A stretch of 64,000 nucleotides of DNA from Candidatus Omnitrophota bacterium. GTDB lineage: Bacteria; Omnitrophota; Gorgyraeia; Zapsychrales; Fredricksoniimonadaceae. The number at the start of each line of letters is the position of its first letter. The first letter of the stretch is position 1. The DNA is taken from assembly GCA_015232565.1 (NCBI GenBank), contig JADFZK010000007.1, positions 664 through 64,663 on the forward strand, in the 5' to 3' direction. The notes below the pieces were generated by a model. The model made no database searches and was not told where the DNA came from. It was given only the letters and a program-made list of their open reading frames with translations. The translations under genes were made by a program, and so were the position numbers. Below, in pieces: positions 8,744 to 18,752 of the stretch.

Positions 8744-11700
8744 TTACGGCTTTTGCGCAGACCGGGCGGTCTCCAAGGTCCGGGTAGCAGGCGTTGAGTT
8801 GGTCGGTGCAGGTGCCGTAACTTCCGGCACCGTGGCGGGCCGATTTGACTTCGGCGCCGTTTTGGGTGCGGGAACCGTACTTGCTGGCGCTGCCGGACTG
8901 GCAGTATTGGCCGATGCGCCAGTAACTGGCGTTGGCCTGGCTACTGGCGTGCTCTTCCGCACCGTCTCCAAAGTTATCGTGTCCTCATACACCGGTGAAA
9001 TGTTCCCGGCGGCATCCTTAAACCGGGCATACACAATTTTGACGCCATCGCCCTCCGGTAAAGTCCACTGTTTAAATATTGAGAAGTCTTCCCAAGACGC
9101 TGTAAACGCCCTTTCATTTGAAAATTGCATTTGCGCGCCCAAACCCATTCCACTACCCATGTCGGAAGCCTGGGGATTTAACGCCACATAACGACTGACG
9201 GTCAGGGATGCGCCATTATTGATCATGACACTTCCGTCAGGTGGCACATTGTCAAAAACGATCGAACAAGTAACCGGCCAGGACCATTTGCCATCCGCCC
9301 GCATAAAACGCGCCGCCACGGTCTTAAGCCCGTTGTCGCCCAGCGTCCAGATCTTGCTGTTTTTATAGGGCTCAGACGGCGACCAAACCGTGCCGTCGGC
9401 CGACAATTGCATTTGAGTTATAGCCTGGGAACTCGCCGCCGCCAGCGTCAGGACGACTTGAGGGCTTTTAGTATACTGCGCTCCGTTTTCCACACTGATC
9501 GAGCCGATAACCGGATCCGTATCGGACAGGTAGATCTCCCCGACCGGACTGGCACTCAGACCATCGCCGGAATCTTCCCAGACCACCAGGCTTCCGGAGA
9601 TCGTCGGATTGATCTGGTTGCCAGGAAGCTGAACTATCGCCGACTCCTTATCTTTGAGCAGATCGGAAATATAAATATCCCAGTCGCCATTACGCTTGTC
9701 CTGCCAAACAACAGCAGTCCCGCTCAGAGCCACATTCTGCATACTCATGACCTTATTTGCCGCCGTGGTCAACGTTTTGGTCTTTCCGGCAGACGCCTTA
9801 CCTTTCCAGTAAAGATGGGTAGAATACCCTTTCGACCACACATAATTGCCGCCGTCAACAGCAATTGTATCAACGGCATTCAGCCCCCCCGCCAGACTGA
9901 GCGCCGGGCCAACCGCTCCATTTACACCAACACTAATACCATAAGCCTGCAAAACCCAATCACCGCCGGTAGGCGGAGCCACCCAGGCAATATCCTCACC
10001 CGAGATATCCAGACTGACCATCCCTGTGGGGTATGTTTTTTGCTCGCCATTAACCTGGCCCAGGTCATTCCAATACATTTCACCCTTATCCAGATCGGCA
10101 TACACCGCCCGGTTACCATCAATACGCGGCCGGCCGTAATTCATATTAGATTGGGAGAGTTTGCGCATATCCCGGGTAATAATATCGTAAACTAACACAC
10201 TGCCGATATTCTCGTTAACTTCTGTCCATACGATCCTGTCTCCAGAGATATCCGGCGCTCCCTGCCATTGCGGCCCGGCGGTAACCTGACGCTCTTCGCC
10301 GGTATTAAGGTCCAGCATATACACATCAGCGTTGTTATTACGATTATCCTCCCACACAATACGCCTCCCGGAAACCCGGGGACTATGTTTCACCGACCTG
10401 ACCGTTGAAACTCGATTGAACAACCGGGAAGGCGTAACACTCAAAGGCTTGGACTTAACCAAAGAACCCACCGTCATAGTTAATGTTAACTGGATCTTGC
10501 GGTCAACCGGACAGTTTGGCGCAATAGTAAATGTTAACAAGGCATTGGCATTATCAACCAGTTGACCAGCCGGAACATAAGGCAACTCGGCACGCGCCGC
10601 ACCCAAGGTGACATACGGATCCGCAGAGCTCAGCCCCAGGACGACATTGCGCACCTCACCGGCCGGCGCCTGGAGTTTAAGCTTAACGCTCACCAGCTCA
10701 CCAGGCTGAACACGTCCGTCCATATTACCCGCCAGTTCCGGCATTTCATAGCTCGCCACATAGACCGGTGCAATTTTCGCCGGATCCACAGCTTGCGCGG
10801 CATTTAAGCGGCCTTTACCAGGCACACTTGCCGGAACAGCGGTATCTTCAATTATGGCCTTAACCACTTCCGGGCATAGTCCCGGATACTGTGCCAGGAT
10901 CAAGGCGGCCACCCCGCTCACATGCGGCGCGGCCATCGATGTCCCCTGATATGAAACATACCTCATTGTGCCCGCCTGCAAAGACAAAATCCCGGTCCCC
11001 GGTGCCGAAACAGACACCAGATCGCCGATGTTCGAAAATGAGGCCGTCTTGTCCACGCCATCGCTGGCGGCAACGGTAATAACTTCCGGCATATTTTGCG
11101 GGCTATACTCGGTCACATTCATTCCGCTATCATTACCAGCGGCAAAAACCACCACGGAACCCAAACCCACCGCTGTGCGGACCGCCGCTTCCACCACCGG
11201 GTCGGAAGGGCACGCCCCTACACATCCCCAGCTATTATTGATCACATCCGCCCCTTGTTCCGCGGCATACACAATTCCCGCCGCCAAGTCGGAAACATTA
11301 CCAGTGCCATCATCCGCCAACCCTTTTACCGGCATGATCTTCGCCAAAGGGGCCACTCCAATAACGCCAGTAGCATTATTACCAACGGCCGCGATCGTAC
11401 CAGCCACGTGAGTGCCGTGCCCGTAAACATCCATCGTATTATTGTTCCCGCTCTGATAATTCCACCCAAAAACGTCATCTACCAACCCGTTACCGTCGTC
11501 ATCTAATTTATTTCCGGGGATCTCATTGGGATTGCTCCAGATATTAGCCGTAATATCCGGATGGTTAATGTCCACACCCGTGTCCACTACGGCTATTACA
11601 ACACCCTCACCTTTAGTTATATCCCAAGCCAGGGGAGCCGAGATCTTCTCCATTCCCCATAACGAATGATCCTTGAATAAAGGATCATCCGGCAACCAGT

Positions 11701-12193
11701 TGGCCTTAACCCGATAATCCGGCTGAACATATTCCACACTCGGATCACGGCGATATTCTTGCACCGCCGCATCAATATCAGCCTTTGGATCAAGATCCAG
11801 AAGATAAACATTTTTCATGGGCTCAAAGCCCGCAGGGAGATTTCGGGCCCGCTGTTTGGGCAAATTGCGGTATTTAAATTTTGCCGAATCCAGCTTGGCG
11901 GTTACCCGACGCATCCCCTTAAAGTTAAATTTTTTATGGGCCGGATCAAGAGATGCCGGCATCTTGAAATTGGACCGCTTGAAAAATGCCCCGGGTACGC
12001 CTTTCCGGGCCGCTGGCACCACTTCCTGCACCCGCCCTTCTTTAAACTTAACAATTAACCGCCCGGGAGCATACGGGGACATAAGCGCCATTCTCTTGAC
12101 CGGCTGAACGCTGGCCTTGGGTACCGGCATTGCCCCAATACTGCCAACCGCAATTGCCAGAACACCCAGGATGATCACCATCTTCTCGCGCAT
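8744..12193 (-). CDS. Secreted multidomain S8 serine peptidase, paralog of 4996..8463
   Basis: The same motifs occur (VVDTGVD, HGTHVAGT, GTSMAAPHVSG, AAGNDSG). The likely true start is the internal Met of MREKMVIILGVLAIAVGSIGA, preceded by GGGAG; the annotated ORF extends 17 codons upstream. Confidence 0.85.
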   Translation of the reverse strand: MREKMVIILGVLAIAVGSIGAMPVPKASVQPVKRMALMSPYAPGRLIVKFKEGRVQEVVPAARKGVPGAFFKRSNFKMPASLDPAHKKFNFKGMRRVTAKLDSAKFKYRNLPKQRARNLPAGFEPMKNVYLLDLDPKADIDAAVQEYRRDPSVEYVQPDYRVKANWLPDDPLFKDHSLWGMEKISAPLAWDITKGEGVVIAVVDTGVDINHPDITANIWSNPNEIPGNKLDDDGNGLVDDVFGWNYQSGNNNTMDVYGHGTHVAGTIAAVGNNATGVIGVAPLAKIMPVKGLADDGTGNVSDLAAGIVYAAEQGADVINNSWGCVGACPSDPVVEAAVRTAVGLGSVVVFAAGNDSGMNVTEYSPQNMPEVITVAASDGVDKTASFSNIGDLVSVSAPGTGILSLQAGTMRYVSYQGTSMAAPHVSGVAALILAQYPGLCPEVVKAIIEDTAVPASVPGKGRLNAAQAVDPAKIAPVYVASYEMPELAGNMDGRVQPGELVSVKLKLQAPAGEVRNVVLGLSSADPYVTLGAARAELPYVPAGQLVDNANALLTFTIAPNCPVDRKIQLTLTMTVGSLVKSKPLSVTPSRLFNRVSTVRSVKHSPRVSGRRIVWEDNRNNNADVYMLDLNTGEERQVTAGPQWQGAPDISGDRIVWTEVNENIGSVLVYDIITRDMRKLSQSNMNYGRPRIDGNRAVYADLDKGEMYWNDLGQVNGEQKTYPTGMVSLDISGEDIAWVAPPTGGDWVLQAYGISVGVNGAVGPALSLAGGLNAVDTIAVDGGNYVWSKGYSTHLYWKGKASAGKTKTLTTAANKVMSMQNVALSGTAVVWQDKRNGDWDIYISDLLKDKESAIVQLPGNQINPTISGSLVVWEDSGDGLSASPVGEIYLSDTDPVIGSISVENGAQYTKSPQVVLTLAAASSQAITQMQLSADGTVWSPSEPYKNSKIWTLGDNGLKTVAARFMRADGKWSWPVTCSIVFDNVPPDGSVMINNGASLTVSRYVALNPQASDMGSGMGLGAQMQFSNERAFTASWEDFSIFKQWTLPEGDGVKIVYARFKDAAGNISPVYEDTITLETVRKSTPVARPTPVTGASANTASPAAPASTVPAPKTAPKSNRPATVPEVTAPAPTNSTPATRTLETARSAQKP

Positions 12194-12301
12194 AAACACT
12201 CCCGTAAGATTAAAACGCAGGACGGGAGGAGATAAGCTCCTCACCTGCGCTTAACGAATATTCCGATCCGCCAAACGATTAAAAACTAATTAAAATAACT
12301 G

Positions 12302-12346
12302 GCTCATGGCAGAGGCGCCGCACTTGCGGTCCTCTGCCATGAGCCA
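12302..12346 (-). terminator. Rho-independent terminator hairpin downstream of the third S8-like gene
   Basis: A perfect 15-bp inverted repeat, GGCTCATGGCAGAGG...CCTCTGCCATGAGCC, with a 15-nt loop. On the minus strand it is followed by a T-rich tract (AGTTATTTTAATTAGTTTTTAAT). It lies 25 nt past the stop at 12371. Confidence 0.5.
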
Positions 12347-12370
12347 AAAACTTACTTTTAAACCAATTCC

Positions 12371-15300
12371 CTATTGTTTGGCGGGTACAGTGATCTCACC
12401 CGAAACGCCATTAAGATAATTGGGGCGGGCGGCAGTAAAATAGTAAAAACTGGGCACCGCCTTTACTTCGGTTTTAACCCGGCTGGTCACCCGGAATTGC
12501 ATAGCAACATCGGTGTTCGCCGGTAACATTAACGTTTGCCACCTGTTGCAAATATTGGCAATTGAGCCCAGACTGACGGTCATTCCAGGAGAACAGGAAA
12601 CAATAAGCTTTGTACCAACAGCTTCTGGCGGAACACCGAACGTCATATACGCGGTTTCACCGGAATTCAAGGTTACCCGCTGAGGGCTGATCCGATGCTT
12701 GACTGCAATAAGTTCAATATCGCCTGAATAAACCGTCGAACAATTTCCCAGCGCGTCTTTGAAACGTATATAAACAGTCTTCAAACCGCCGCCCGCCGAC
12801 AAGATCCACGGCTTTTCCGTTGCGTAAGGCTCCCAGGATGCGCCCGGGAACGTGTCGTCCTCGGATATCTGCATTTGCGCACCCGCACCCATGCCGCTGC
12901 CGGAATCGGAAGCGTAAGGATTAAGAACAACCGCACGGTTTTCAGTGCTATAAGCCCCGCTATTGATAGCAACACCACCCACGGGCGCGGTCGCATCGAG
13001 AATTATCGACTTGGTAGAAATGCTCGACCACTTGCCATCCTGCTGCATATACTGTACTGCCACCAGCTTTACCCCGTCACCAGCTGAGAGCGACCATAGC
13101 TTAGCGGCCTTATAAGCCTCTGAAGTAAACCAATTACGGCCGTCATTAGACAATCTCATGTGAGTTATCGGCAAAGTCCCGGTAGCCGTCAAGTCTAAAG
13201 AAACCGACGGCGAGTTGGTATACAAAGCCCCGGAATTAATGTTGATATTGCCCACAACCGTATTAAGGTCATACACGTACAGGTCATACAGAAGGAACCC
13301 CGATGGAGTAAACCGCATTGAAAGCCAGGAAACCTTTTTCCCCGAGATATCCGGTATTATCTGATGGCCCGGATTAAAGCTTAACCGCTTCTTGGTTCCG
13401 GCATCTATGTCGTACACATAAACATCATCATCCACATCGCTCTGATCCTGCCAGACTACCAGATTACCGCTCACCGAAGGATTAACCTGCGCGAACACAC
13501 CACTCACGTTCGCCGGGATCTTCGTTATACTGCGTGTTTGCAAATCATATATTATAACCTCGGATCCATTGGCCTTGTCCATCCAGACCACCTTGTTTCC
13601 GTCTATTGCGAGCGAATTCAACGCACCGGTGCTGGTATAGAGCGTCGAGAAATCTGCATATCTCAGGTCGACTCTATAAACACTGTAGCCAACACCACTA
13701 TCCGCTGTCGCTACCCAAACCACATTATTACCCGACACATCCCAGTCCACCGCGCCTCTATCAGTGATCTGCATCTCCTCGTTACTACTAAGGCTGTACC
13801 AGTATAACTGGGCATCCTCATTAGTACCTTCGTATATGATATTGTTACCGGAAATACGCGGGATCCGATTGTAAGAATTATCGGTAGGCAAAAACCTGGA
13901 AAAACCCCGGCTTATGTCGTACAAAGCTATAAGCGGAGCGCCGTACGTATAATCGTCCCAAACAATATAGTTACCGGAGATATCCGGATTCATCTGATAG
14001 TCCATACTATCTGTAACCTGCAACCGCGTATTATTTGCCAGGTCATACATGTAAATCTCATCATTATTGTCCGGATTATTCATCCAAGCGATGCGCTCGC
14101 CAGAGATCTTCGGCCAATACCCTTCCGATAAAGACTTCTCCACAACACGCAAGCGGGGATCCGCAACTGGCGCGACCTCCAGCGAAATCAGCTTGGCGCG
14201 GGTATACGTGCCAGCGGTGAGCGTTAAGGTGAACTGGATCAAACTACCAGGAGTGCAATCCGGTGAAACAGAGAACGTTAATGGCGCGGTGTCATTACTA
14301 ACCCCCTGGCCAGCACGCACCAGATCGAATCGCGTACTCCTGACCCCAAAAGTCACCCGGGGATCATTCGAACTTAAGGCCACTGTTACGTTACTCACAT
14401 CAACATTGGCCGCCTGCACCTTTACCTGTACACCGCCAGTTTCGCCAGACTGGATCAAACTGTCATTATTACCTCTCACTTCAATAAAATCAGACTGCGT
14501 TAAATACACCGGAGCCGGCGACACACTAAGAGCTCTCTGCGCGTTAAGCCGCCCTTTCCCGCCCAAACCCGGAATAAGGTCGGCGGAATCTTCAATAATG
14601 GACTTTATGATACCACCCGGCATTCCCGGATATTTCGACCGTAACAAAGCGGCCACAGCGCTCACATGCGCGGCAGACTGGGACGTTCCATTACAAGCCA
14701 TATAAGAGTACCCGTTCCATGTAGAAAAAATCCCTATGCCAGGCGCGAAAACAGAGTTCTTATCACCAACATTGGTAAAATAAGCCGCTTGATCAGCGCT
14801 GTCACTGGCCGGAACCGAAATAACTTCGGGCATATTCTGCGGGCTGTAATCCACCACATCCCGGCTATCGTGACCCGCGGCAAACACCACTACCTTCCCT
14901 TTATAAGCAGCATATCTGACGGCTTCCTCAACCACCGGATTCAAAGGACAACCATAAGTACAATACCAGCCGTTATAAATAACATCGGCACCCTGATCCG
15001 CTGCATAAACAATGGCCTGTGCCAAAGCGGACATCGGCCCGAAAGTGTTATCTCCCAAAGCCTTTATGGGCATAACCTTGGCTAGCGGCGCCACCCCGAT
15101 AACGCCATAAGTGTTATTACCAACAGCCGCCACTATGCCAGCCGCATTTGTACCATAACCCGTTAAACCGGTAACATCACCGTTATTATTGATAAAGTTC
15201 CACCCATGCACGTCATCCACATAACCGTTACCATCATCGTCTATACCGTTGATCGTCTCATTGGGATTCCGCCAAAGGTTAGGCAGTAAATCCGGATGAT

Positions 15301-15919
15301 TGATATCTACACCCGTTTCGATAATTGCCACTATAGTGCCCGCACCTTTGGACACTTCCCAGGCCGCCGGGGCCCCGATCAAGGTCAAAGGCCACTGTAA
15401 ATTCTCGATAGTCGTGGCCGAAGTAGTCAAGCTCGACTTGGCCATGTAGTCCGGTTGGGCAAATTCCACATTCGGATTGTCCTGATAATCCCGGACAGCC
15501 CGTCGAACATCAGCCTGGGCGTTAATATCGATGACATAAACATTCTTAAAAGGATCAACTACGGTGGGAGTATTGCTGGTTAACGAACGTTGAATACCAA
15601 CGGTAAGTCCTTCCACTGGAAAAAGCCGGTGCATATCTTGAAAACCATACTTCTTTTGCACGCCAGCAAAAGCCGCCGGTTTTACAAAAGACACCGCTTG
15701 TGCGGCCGAAGTGGAAGCTCCCTGCCCGGACACTAAACTGGCCGCAACCGAAGAAGACTGCACTGTGCCTTCCTTAAATTTAACGATCAAACGACCGGGA
15801 GAATACTCCGGGACTGTTACCTCTTGCGGGGAATTTTGCACTGGCGTAATTGGAACCGCGCCAATACTACCCACGAAAATCACCAAAAAACTTAAAGCAG
15901 TAAGAAGTTTAACTTGCAT
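12371..15919 (-). CDS. S8-subtilase-like protein with the same architecture but degenerate catalytic residues (probable pseudo-peptidase)
   Basis: Aligned to its neighbours, the Asp motif reads IIETGVD (D->E), the His motif reads GYGTNAAG (H->Y), and the oxyanion motif is AAGHDS (N->H). The Ser motif GTSQSAAHVS is retained. The signal peptide is MQVKLLTALSFLVIFVGSIGA, the I9-like motif is PGRLIVKFKEG, and there are seven propeller blades. A GGAGGG RBS is present. Confidence 0.8.
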   Translation of the reverse strand: MQVKLLTALSFLVIFVGSIGAVPITPVQNSPQEVTVPEYSPGRLIVKFKEGTVQSSSVAASLVSGQGASTSAAQAVSFVKPAAFAGVQKKYGFQDMHRLFPVEGLTVGIQRSLTSNTPTVVDPFKNVYVIDINAQADVRRAVRDYQDNPNVEFAQPDYMAKSSLTTSATTIENLQWPLTLIGAPAAWEVSKGAGTIVAIIETGVDINHPDLLPNLWRNPNETINGIDDDGNGYVDDVHGWNFINNNGDVTGLTGYGTNAAGIVAAVGNNTYGVIGVAPLAKVMPIKALGDNTFGPMSALAQAIVYAADQGADVIYNGWYCTYGCPLNPVVEEAVRYAAYKGKVVVFAAGHDSRDVVDYSPQNMPEVISVPASDSADQAAYFTNVGDKNSVFAPGIGIFSTWNGYSYMACNGTSQSAAHVSAVAALLRSKYPGMPGGIIKSIIEDSADLIPGLGGKGRLNAQRALSVSPAPVYLTQSDFIEVRGNNDSLIQSGETGGVQVKVQAANVDVSNVTVALSSNDPRVTFGVRSTRFDLVRAGQGVSNDTAPLTFSVSPDCTPGSLIQFTLTLTAGTYTRAKLISLEVAPVADPRLRVVEKSLSEGYWPKISGERIAWMNNPDNNDEIYMYDLANNTRLQVTDSMDYQMNPDISGNYIVWDDYTYGAPLIALYDISRGFSRFLPTDNSYNRIPRISGNNIIYEGTNEDAQLYWYSLSSNEEMQITDRGAVDWDVSGNNVVWVATADSGVGYSVYRVDLRYADFSTLYTSTGALNSLAIDGNKVVWMDKANGSEVIIYDLQTRSITKIPANVSGVFAQVNPSVSGNLVVWQDQSDVDDDVYVYDIDAGTKKRLSFNPGHQIIPDISGKKVSWLSMRFTPSGFLLYDLYVYDLNTVVGNININSGALYTNSPSVSLDLTATGTLPITHMRLSNDGRNWFTSEAYKAAKLWSLSAGDGVKLVAVQYMQQDGKWSSISTKSIILDATAPVGGVAINSGAYSTENRAVVLNPYASDSGSGMGAGAQMQISEDDTFPGASWEPYATEKPWILSAGGGLKTVYIRFKDALGNCSTVYSGDIELIAVKHRISPQRVTLNSGETAYMTFGVPPEAVGTKLIVSCSPGMTVSLGSIANICNRWQTLMLPANTDVAMQFRVTSRVKTEVKAVPSFYYFTAARPNYLNGVSGEITVPAKQ

Positions 15920-16158
15920 ATAATTCCCTCCGCATGTTTTGGTATACGATTAACAGTAATAGAGTATAACACATGGATAGCAACAAGGAAAGCAAAAAAC
16001 AGGAAAGTCTGGAAAAAAGAAGGCTCAGGGTAAAACCCGCGCTTTTATTGCTAGAATCAATACTTGCACAGGCAAGTGCTCTGCGCTTTACTAATAAGAT
16101 TTTAAAGTTGCGAGGATTGCTGGTTTCTGGAAAATCTGGCGATTAACAGAATTTCACG

Positions 16159-17169
16159 TTAATCCGGCGAGTCTGTTTTTGCTTTAAGTTTAAAACTATG
16201 GCCGGGGTCGGTGGCTATGGTGCGGCCTAAGGAGGTCAGCATACCGGAGATGCACAAAAAACAATCGCCCGGTTTATCTTCCAGGCAGATCTTGCCGGGA
16301 TAAAGCTGATACTGCGCCCGGTATCGGGTGGGCGTTACATTGGGCATCAAAACATTGGCGCCGCATTTAAGGGCTTTCTGCCGGCCGGCGGGGTCGATAG
16401 AACCCATGGCAGTCGTAGCGGGAATGTGGGTATTCTTAGTAACAATACGGATCACAGCCAACGCTCTTAAAGTCAAGTCCAGGGTTCCCCCCTGGGCCGT
16501 GGCCAGCGGGGTCAAAGGATTGGGAATAAATGGCCCGATGCCGATCATGTCGAGCTCGAGTTTCTGCATTAAAAGAATATCATCCGCGATCATGGCCAGG
16601 CTTTGGCCCGGCAGTCCCACCATAATGCCCGAGCCCACCTGAAACCCCAGCTCCCGCAACCAGCCCAGACAGCGCAAGCGGTCTTCATATGAAGAATCGG
16701 GTTTCAGGGCCCCGAAAAGCTTCGGCGAGGAGGTTTCAAAGCGCAAAAGAAAACGGTCGGCACCGGCCGCTTTTAGCGCGGCATATTCTTCCCGGGACTT
16801 CTCCCCGATTGAGAGGGTCACGGCCAGATCCAGGTCTTTTTTTATTCGCGACACCAGGCGGCACATATCCGCAACGGAATACTGGCAACTCTCTCCCGAT
16901 TGCATGACCACGCTCTTGTACCCCAGCTCCGCGGCCTGGCGGGCGGAAGACAGGATCTCCTCCACCCCCATCCGGTAACGTTCCACCGCCTTATTGCTCC
17001 GCCGCAAGCCGCAATACAAACAATCACGGCCGCAAACATTTGAGAACTCTATAAGGCCGCGCAAATGCACCGCATCGCCCACGTTCTCCCGGCGCACCTG
17101 ATCGGCCCGGGCAAAAAGCGCCGCCGGATCAGTGACCGCCAATTGTGCAATTATCTCATCGCGGGTCAT
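16159..17169 (-). CDS. hydE: [FeFe]-hydrogenase H-cluster radical SAM maturase HydE
   Basis: LIEFSNVCGRDCLYCGLRRSN is the HydE/BioB-like CxxxCxxC motif in the conserved HydE context. The protein is 336 aa and sits in an operon with hydG and hydF. Confidence 0.8.
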   Translation of the reverse strand: MTRDEIIAQLAVTDPAALFARADQVRRENVGDAVHLRGLIEFSNVCGRDCLYCGLRRSNKAVERYRMGVEEILSSARQAAELGYKSVVMQSGESCQYSVADMCRLVSRIKKDLDLAVTLSIGEKSREEYAALKAAGADRFLLRFETSSPKLFGALKPDSSYEDRLRCLGWLRELGFQVGSGIMVGLPGQSLAMIADDILLMQKLELDMIGIGPFIPNPLTPLATAQGGTLDLTLRALAVIRIVTKNTHIPATTAMGSIDPAGRQKALKCGANVLMPNVTPTRYRAQYQLYPGKICLEDKPGDCFLCISGMLTSLGRTIATDPGHSFKLKAKTDSPD

Positions 17170-17228
17170 AACGGCTCATTCATCCTTCACGGTCAACACG
17201 CCTATGGAAACACCCTCAGCCCGAGCCC

Positions 17229-18728
17229 TTACAAAAACAAGTCCCTCTCGCCGTTTTTTATGCGCGAGTGATACTCCATGAACAATTCCAGCACCTTGGG
17301 ATTGCGGGCCTTTACCTGCTCGATCTCGCGCTCGATCAAAGGCAAGCCTATGCTCCGGGTCTCGGCACTGCCAAAATCATCCAGCCATTCCTGAAAGGTC
17401 AAAATTGCGTTCAATTTACAGAACTTCCCTTCCGCCCCGCTCCGCAAAAGGTCCATTATGCACTTGCCCGTCCGGCCGCAACGGTAACCAGCCGTACAGA
17501 ATGAAGTTATAAAACCTCTGTGCGCAAAATCACGAATAAGTTCATCCAGCGAACGGGTATCACCCAGAATGAACTGCTGTTTATCCTGGGCCTGCGCGGT
17601 TACGACATCGGAATACCCGCCGATAGCTATACGGGAAGACGCATCCATCTGCGTTACTCCCATCAATAAGGCTTCATTGCGTATCTCCGACTTTTCCCGC
17701 GCGGTAATGATCATGCCCGTGTAGGGCGCCGCCAGGCGGATTATCAACATGATCTTCCGAAAATCAGCATCGTTAACCAGATATTTCCAGTCCGGACCGA
17801 TCATGGAATTAAGGGCCGGCACCAGCCGCGGGAACGAAATAGTATGCGCGCCCACCCCCATACGTTTCTCCAGTTCCTGGGTGTGATAGATCAAAGACAT
17901 CAACTCAAAGCGCCAGTCGTAAAGCCCGAACAAAACACCTATGCCCACATCATCAATGCCAGCCTCCATCGCGCGGTGCATGCAATACAACCGCCACTGA
18001 TAATCACTTTTTATCGTACCCTGCGGGTGCATCCGGGCATAAGTTTCTTTATGATAGGTTTCCTGAAAAACCTGATAGGTCCCGATACCGGCGTCATTGA
18101 TCTTTTTCAGATCCTCGATCGAGAACGGCGGGGCATTCACATTCACCCGGCGGATCGACCCCTGCCCATGCCGGGTTGGTATACGCACCGAATAGATTGT
18201 CTGCATGCTTTCAACAATATAATCCACGTCATTCCTGGGGTGTTCCCCGTAGACCACTATAAGCCGTTTATGGCCAATATCGCCGGCCAGCACCGCCACC
18301 TCACGTTTGATCTCCTCCTGGCTTAAAACCTTCCGCTGAGCCGTGCAATTGTCGTTATTAAATCCACAGTACGCACAGCGGTTCACACAATAATTACCTA
18401 AATAAAAAGGCGCAAAAGTCACGATCCGGTTATCGTAAACTTTCAGTTTGATCGCCAGCGCGGCGGCGCGCATTTCTTCCAACAGCCCTGGATCGTTCAC
18501 ATTTATCAGAACCGCCACCTCGTCGGGAGTAAGATCCTGGATCGCCAGCGACTTGGCCAGGATATCACGCACTTGCTGTGGCGAAGGCACCCCGGGCGCG
18601 GCCGCCAACTGGGAATGGATCAACTCTTCATTAATAAAATCCCGGCCATTAGCTAAATATTTATCGATCTGATCACGCTTGATCCGCTGACGGCCCCACG
18701 CAGTTGAAACCTGTTGTTCTGCATTCAT
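17229..18728 (-). CDS. hydG: [FeFe]-hydrogenase H-cluster radical SAM maturase HydG (tyrosine lyase, ThiH-like)
   Basis: It carries the N-terminal motif YLGNYCVNRCAYCGF and the C-terminal auxiliary-cluster motif CTAGYRCGRTGKC...C. The protein is 499 aa. Confidence 0.85.
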   Translation of the reverse strand: MNAEQQVSTAWGRQRIKRDQIDKYLANGRDFINEELIHSQLAAAPGVPSPQQVRDILAKSLAIQDLTPDEVAVLINVNDPGLLEEMRAAALAIKLKVYDNRIVTFAPFYLGNYCVNRCAYCGFNNDNCTAQRKVLSQEEIKREVAVLAGDIGHKRLIVVYGEHPRNDVDYIVESMQTIYSVRIPTRHGQGSIRRVNVNAPPFSIEDLKKINDAGIGTYQVFQETYHKETYARMHPQGTIKSDYQWRLYCMHRAMEAGIDDVGIGVLFGLYDWRFELMSLIYHTQELEKRMGVGAHTISFPRLVPALNSMIGPDWKYLVNDADFRKIMLIIRLAAPYTGMIITAREKSEIRNEALLMGVTQMDASSRIAIGGYSDVVTAQAQDKQQFILGDTRSLDELIRDFAHRGFITSFCTAGYRCGRTGKCIMDLLRSGAEGKFCKLNAILTFQEWLDDFGSAETRSIGLPLIEREIEQVKARNPKVLELFMEYHSRIKNGERDLFL

Positions 18729-18752
18729 ATGTCCTTTCCGCTAATTCTGCTG

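Larger units (their letters stand above)
4996..12244 (-). repeat. Tandem direct duplication (~3.5 kb unit) carrying two near-identical S8 peptidase genes
   Basis: The ORFs at 4996..8463 and 8744..12244 encode proteins that are co-linear and near-identical over most of their length. This extends to the antisense shadow ORFs. Divergence is concentrated in the propeller segment. Confidence 0.7.

Noticed and set aside
15974-16147. 57-aa plus-strand ORF (MDSNKESKKQESLEKRRLRV...) in the gap between hydE and the pseudo-subtilase
   Set aside because: It lies in the promoter/5'-UTR of the minus-strand gene 3 and the 3' region of hydE. It has no RBS, it is lysine-rich low complexity, and nothing supports its being a real gene.
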